Source of the DNA: Candidatus Scatovivens sp.
Lineage (GTDB): Bacteria > Bacillota > Clostridia > TANB77 > CAG-508
Direction of reading: 5' to 3'
Length of the DNA: 64,000 nt
NCBI GenBank assembly: GCA_045646345.1
Contig: JAZRKN010000001.1
Location: 32,001-96,000 of the forward strand
Made by a program: the position numbers and the translations under genes. Shown in pieces: positions 61,562-64,000 of the stretch. The notes beneath the pieces were generated by a model. The model was not told where the DNA came from. It was given only the letters and a program-made list of their open reading frames with translations, and did no database searches. Positions within the stretch are counted from its first letter, which is position 1. Each line of letters begins with the position of its first letter.

Positions 61562-62737
61562 TTATTCTAAAATTTCAATTGCAGATTCTGAATCTTCAGA
61601 TTTATTTTTTCTTATTATACTTCCAATTATATATCCAAATCCATATAAGGATACTATCCCTTTAATTAATCCTCCTACTGTTGGTATGAAGTTTGCACAT
61701 TGAACTAATGTAAATATAATAAACGCCACAAACCAAACTAAAACTTTAGATTTTGTTTTGCCTTGTAAAATTGCTTTTGTTATTTCTATTGAAGCAACAG
61801 GAAGCGTAATCTTCCAGAAAATAAACCACAATACTATTGCTAAGAAAAGTGCTACTGGTATACCTATAATTGTTATCATTAATGCAATTATTATTCCTAC
61901 TGTTATAAAGTAATATACCAAACCATAAATAGTATCCAAAAATCCTTTTTCTTTTAAATTAGATGTTTGGATTGATTTTTTAGATGCAAATATTACTATA
62001 ATTGCAATAATTATTAATCCAGTCATTTCAGAAGATACAAATAAAAATAATGCAATTCCTTTTATAACACTTTCTCCAATTTTCTCCATTTGAGCTTCGC
62101 TTTTTTCAAAATCTGCAGTTACATCTTCTACTATTTTAATTTCATTTACATTTAATGAATTTCCTAATACTTCTTTACTAGTTGTTAATACACCATTAAC
62201 TTTACCTTTTTCTTCAATTTGAGCTTGACCACCAATAATATGTGCATCCCTATTTATTGTTCCAGCCATATTTAAATTAGCTCCAACAACTTTTAAATCT
62301 CTACAATTTGTATTTTCTAAAACGCTCATATTTTCTGCGATAGCATATATATCTTCTACATTTCCATATATTGTCAAATTAGTTGCTAATGCATACACAG
62401 AACCTTCTATGTTTGAATTAATTGAAACATTATTTCCTAACACAAACACATTTCCATCAATATTTTCAGATGAAATATTAATAACTTCTCCAATTAAATA
62501 TAAATTTCCATTTACATTTTCTTCAACAGAAATATTTTCTTCAGAAATAAACACATCACTATTTATTGTATTCATTTTGTCTAACACATCATTATCAATT
62601 GAATCTTTCATTAGATTTAAAATTTCTTTTTGATCTTCTTCCATTTCAATAGTATTTAATCCTGTTGCAAATGATACCGAAGCAATCATAATTGTTAAAA
62701 CAAAAAATGTAATTGTTACTTTTAAAATATTTTTCAT
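61562..62737 (-). CDS. Membrane protein with N-terminal beta-helix (polymer-forming/bactofilin-like) repeats
   Basis: Signal peptide; repeats such as VNGNLYLIG, IDGNVFVLG, IEGSVYAL; about five C-terminal TMs. Confidence 0.75.
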   Translation of the reverse strand: MKNILKVTITFFVLTIMIASVSFATGLNTIEMEEDQKEILNLMKDSIDNDVLDKMNTINSDVFISEENISVEENVNGNLYLIGEVINISSENIDGNVFVLGNNVSINSNIEGSVYALATNLTIYGNVEDIYAIAENMSVLENTNCRDLKVVGANLNMAGTINRDAHIIGGQAQIEEKGKVNGVLTTSKEVLGNSLNVNEIKIVEDVTADFEKSEAQMEKIGESVIKGIALFLFVSSEMTGLIIIAIIVIFASKKSIQTSNLKEKGFLDTIYGLVYYFITVGIIIALMITIIGIPVALFLAIVLWFIFWKITLPVASIEITKAILQGKTKSKVLVWFVAFIIFTLVQCANFIPTVGGLIKGIVSLYGFGYIIGSIIRKNKSEDSESAIEILE

Positions 62738-62755
62738 ATGTTTTCTCCTTATACT

Positions 62756-63412
62756 TTATTTTAATTTAGATACAGCATCTGCTATATTTTCTGCATTAAT
62801 TAAATAACTTCCTGCGACTAATATATTAGCTCCTGCTTCTACAGCACTACTTGCTGTTTTATCATTTATTCCACCATCTACTTCTATATTAATATCAATT
62901 CCATTTTCATCAATATATTTTTTTAATTCTTTAACTTTTTCTAAAGTTTCTGGAATTAATTTTTGCCCACCTTTTCCTGGCACTACTGTCATAACTAATA
63001 CCATATGAATTTGTTCTAAATATGGTTTTATTTCTTCTAGCTTTGTATCTGGACTAATTGAAATTCCTACTCTAGAACCACTTCTTTTAATCTCATCTAT
63101 TGCATTTTTTGTTCTCTCTTCTGTTTTTGTTGCTTCTATATGGAATGTTAATATTTCTGGTTCTAACATTAAATATTCATCTATAAATTCCTCTACATTT
63201 TCAACCATTAAATGAACATCTAAACCTAAATTTGAAATATGAGAAATTGTTAAAGCATAATCTTTCATTAACTCTGTTGTATCTTTTTCTACAAATTTCC
63301 CATCCATAACATCTATATGGAAATAATTAATTTTTCCTGTCTCTAAATTATAAAAAGTTCTAACTGCATTCTCTTTTTCTACAGTTAATATTGATGCTGC
63401 TACTTCTGTCAT
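62756..63412 (-). CDS. rpe: Ribulose-phosphate 3-epimerase
   Basis: HIDVMDG, DVHLMV, MTVVPGKGGQ, VDGGI, VAGS. Confidence 0.97.
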   Translation of the reverse strand: MTEVAASILTVEKENAVRTFYNLETGKINYFHIDVMDGKFVEKDTTELMKDYALTISHISNLGLDVHLMVENVEEFIDEYLMLEPEILTFHIEATKTEERTKNAIDEIKRSGSRVGISISPDTKLEEIKPYLEQIHMVLVMTVVPGKGGQKLIPETLEKVKELKKYIDENGIDINIEVDGGINDKTASSAVEAGANILVAGSYLINAENIADAVSKLK

Positions 63413-63471
63413 ATACTCATCCTTTCTTTACTAAAATGAGGCATGATTTTTTTCATGCCTCATCAAATTTA

Positions 63472-64000
63472 CTATTTTACAGATACAGTTTGATCTCCTT
63501 TATTGAAATCTACTGTTTGTTCATATTTTGTAACTCCGTTAACTTTAACTTTCAAAATTTTTACACCTGATGTTGTCCATGATTTTGTAATATCCGTTTT
63601 ATTCATTGGATAACTATCACTTAAAATTGTATCTTCTCCAACTTCTAATACTAAAGTTGCTTTTTCAACTGATGGTGTATTAGTTGTTGTAACAGTATTT
63701 CCATTTTCATCAACTGTTTCAGAAACAGTTGGTTCTGGATCTGTATAATTTGTTAAAGATTTTAAGTTAACATTTACAGTAAGTGTTGATTTAGCTGGTT
63801 GTTTATTTACTATTAATTCAATTGAATCCCCTTCTTTTAATGTTTTTCCACCACTTACACTTTGAGAGATTACTACTCCATCTGATTTTGAAGCATTTTC
63901 TTCATAATTTACATTAACAATTAATCCTAAGTCCGCTAATGTTTGAACAGCTACGCCTTCAGGTTGATTTAAAACGCTTGGTACAGGAACGTCTTTAAAT
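63472..64000 (-). CDS. C-terminus of a PASTA-domain protein, probably the Ser/Thr kinase PrkC/PknB; runs off the window edge
   Basis: Manual translation VPSVLNQPEGVAVQTLADLGL...GVVISQSV..G..LKEGDSIEL (PASTA), ending ...GDQTVSVK stop; upstream of rpe as in the prkC-rsgA-rpe operon. Confidence 0.75.
   Translation of the reverse strand, partial: FKDVPVPSVLNQPEGVAVQTLADLGLIVNVNYEENASKSDGVVISQSVSGGKTLKEGDSIELIVNKQPAKSTLTVNVNLKSLTNYTDPEPTVSETVDENGNTVTTTNTPSVEKATLVLEVGEDTILSDSYPMNKTDITKSWTTSGVKILKVKVNGVTKYEQTVDFNKGDQTVSVK

Overview
Very AT-rich chromosomal segment of a spore-forming, anaerobic Clostridia-type bacterium (gpr, spoVS, ytfI/ytfJ, rubredoxin, pta-ackA). An uncultured gut lineage is likely, but that is inference. 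Almost all genes are on the minus strand. Housekeeping genes (argS, recG, recA-recX-scpA, guaB/guaA, holA, pgi, rqcH, nth, rpe, end of a PASTA protein) are mixed with orphan ORFs and several single genes of different composition. The main hidden element is in the apparently empty 47.3-48.0 kb region: a ~570-nt OLE (Ornate Large Extremophilic) noncoding RNA on the minus strand. It has its own sigma-A promoter and a downstream terminator, is followed by its partner membrane-protein gene oapA, and lies outside the usual ispA/tlyA neighbourhood. Other points of note: a candidate ADP-ribosyltransferase-fold orphan translationally coupled to a small partner, a shortened ProA/ALDH-like protein lacking the catalytic Cys motif, three tandem diverged acetate kinases, scpA without adjacent scpB, a G-to-V change in the Pgi SKSG loop, and a rubredoxin missed by the ORF track. 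No tRNA, rRNA, CRISPR array, transposase or integrase was seen. All family assignments come from motif recognition by eye; no database searches were run.
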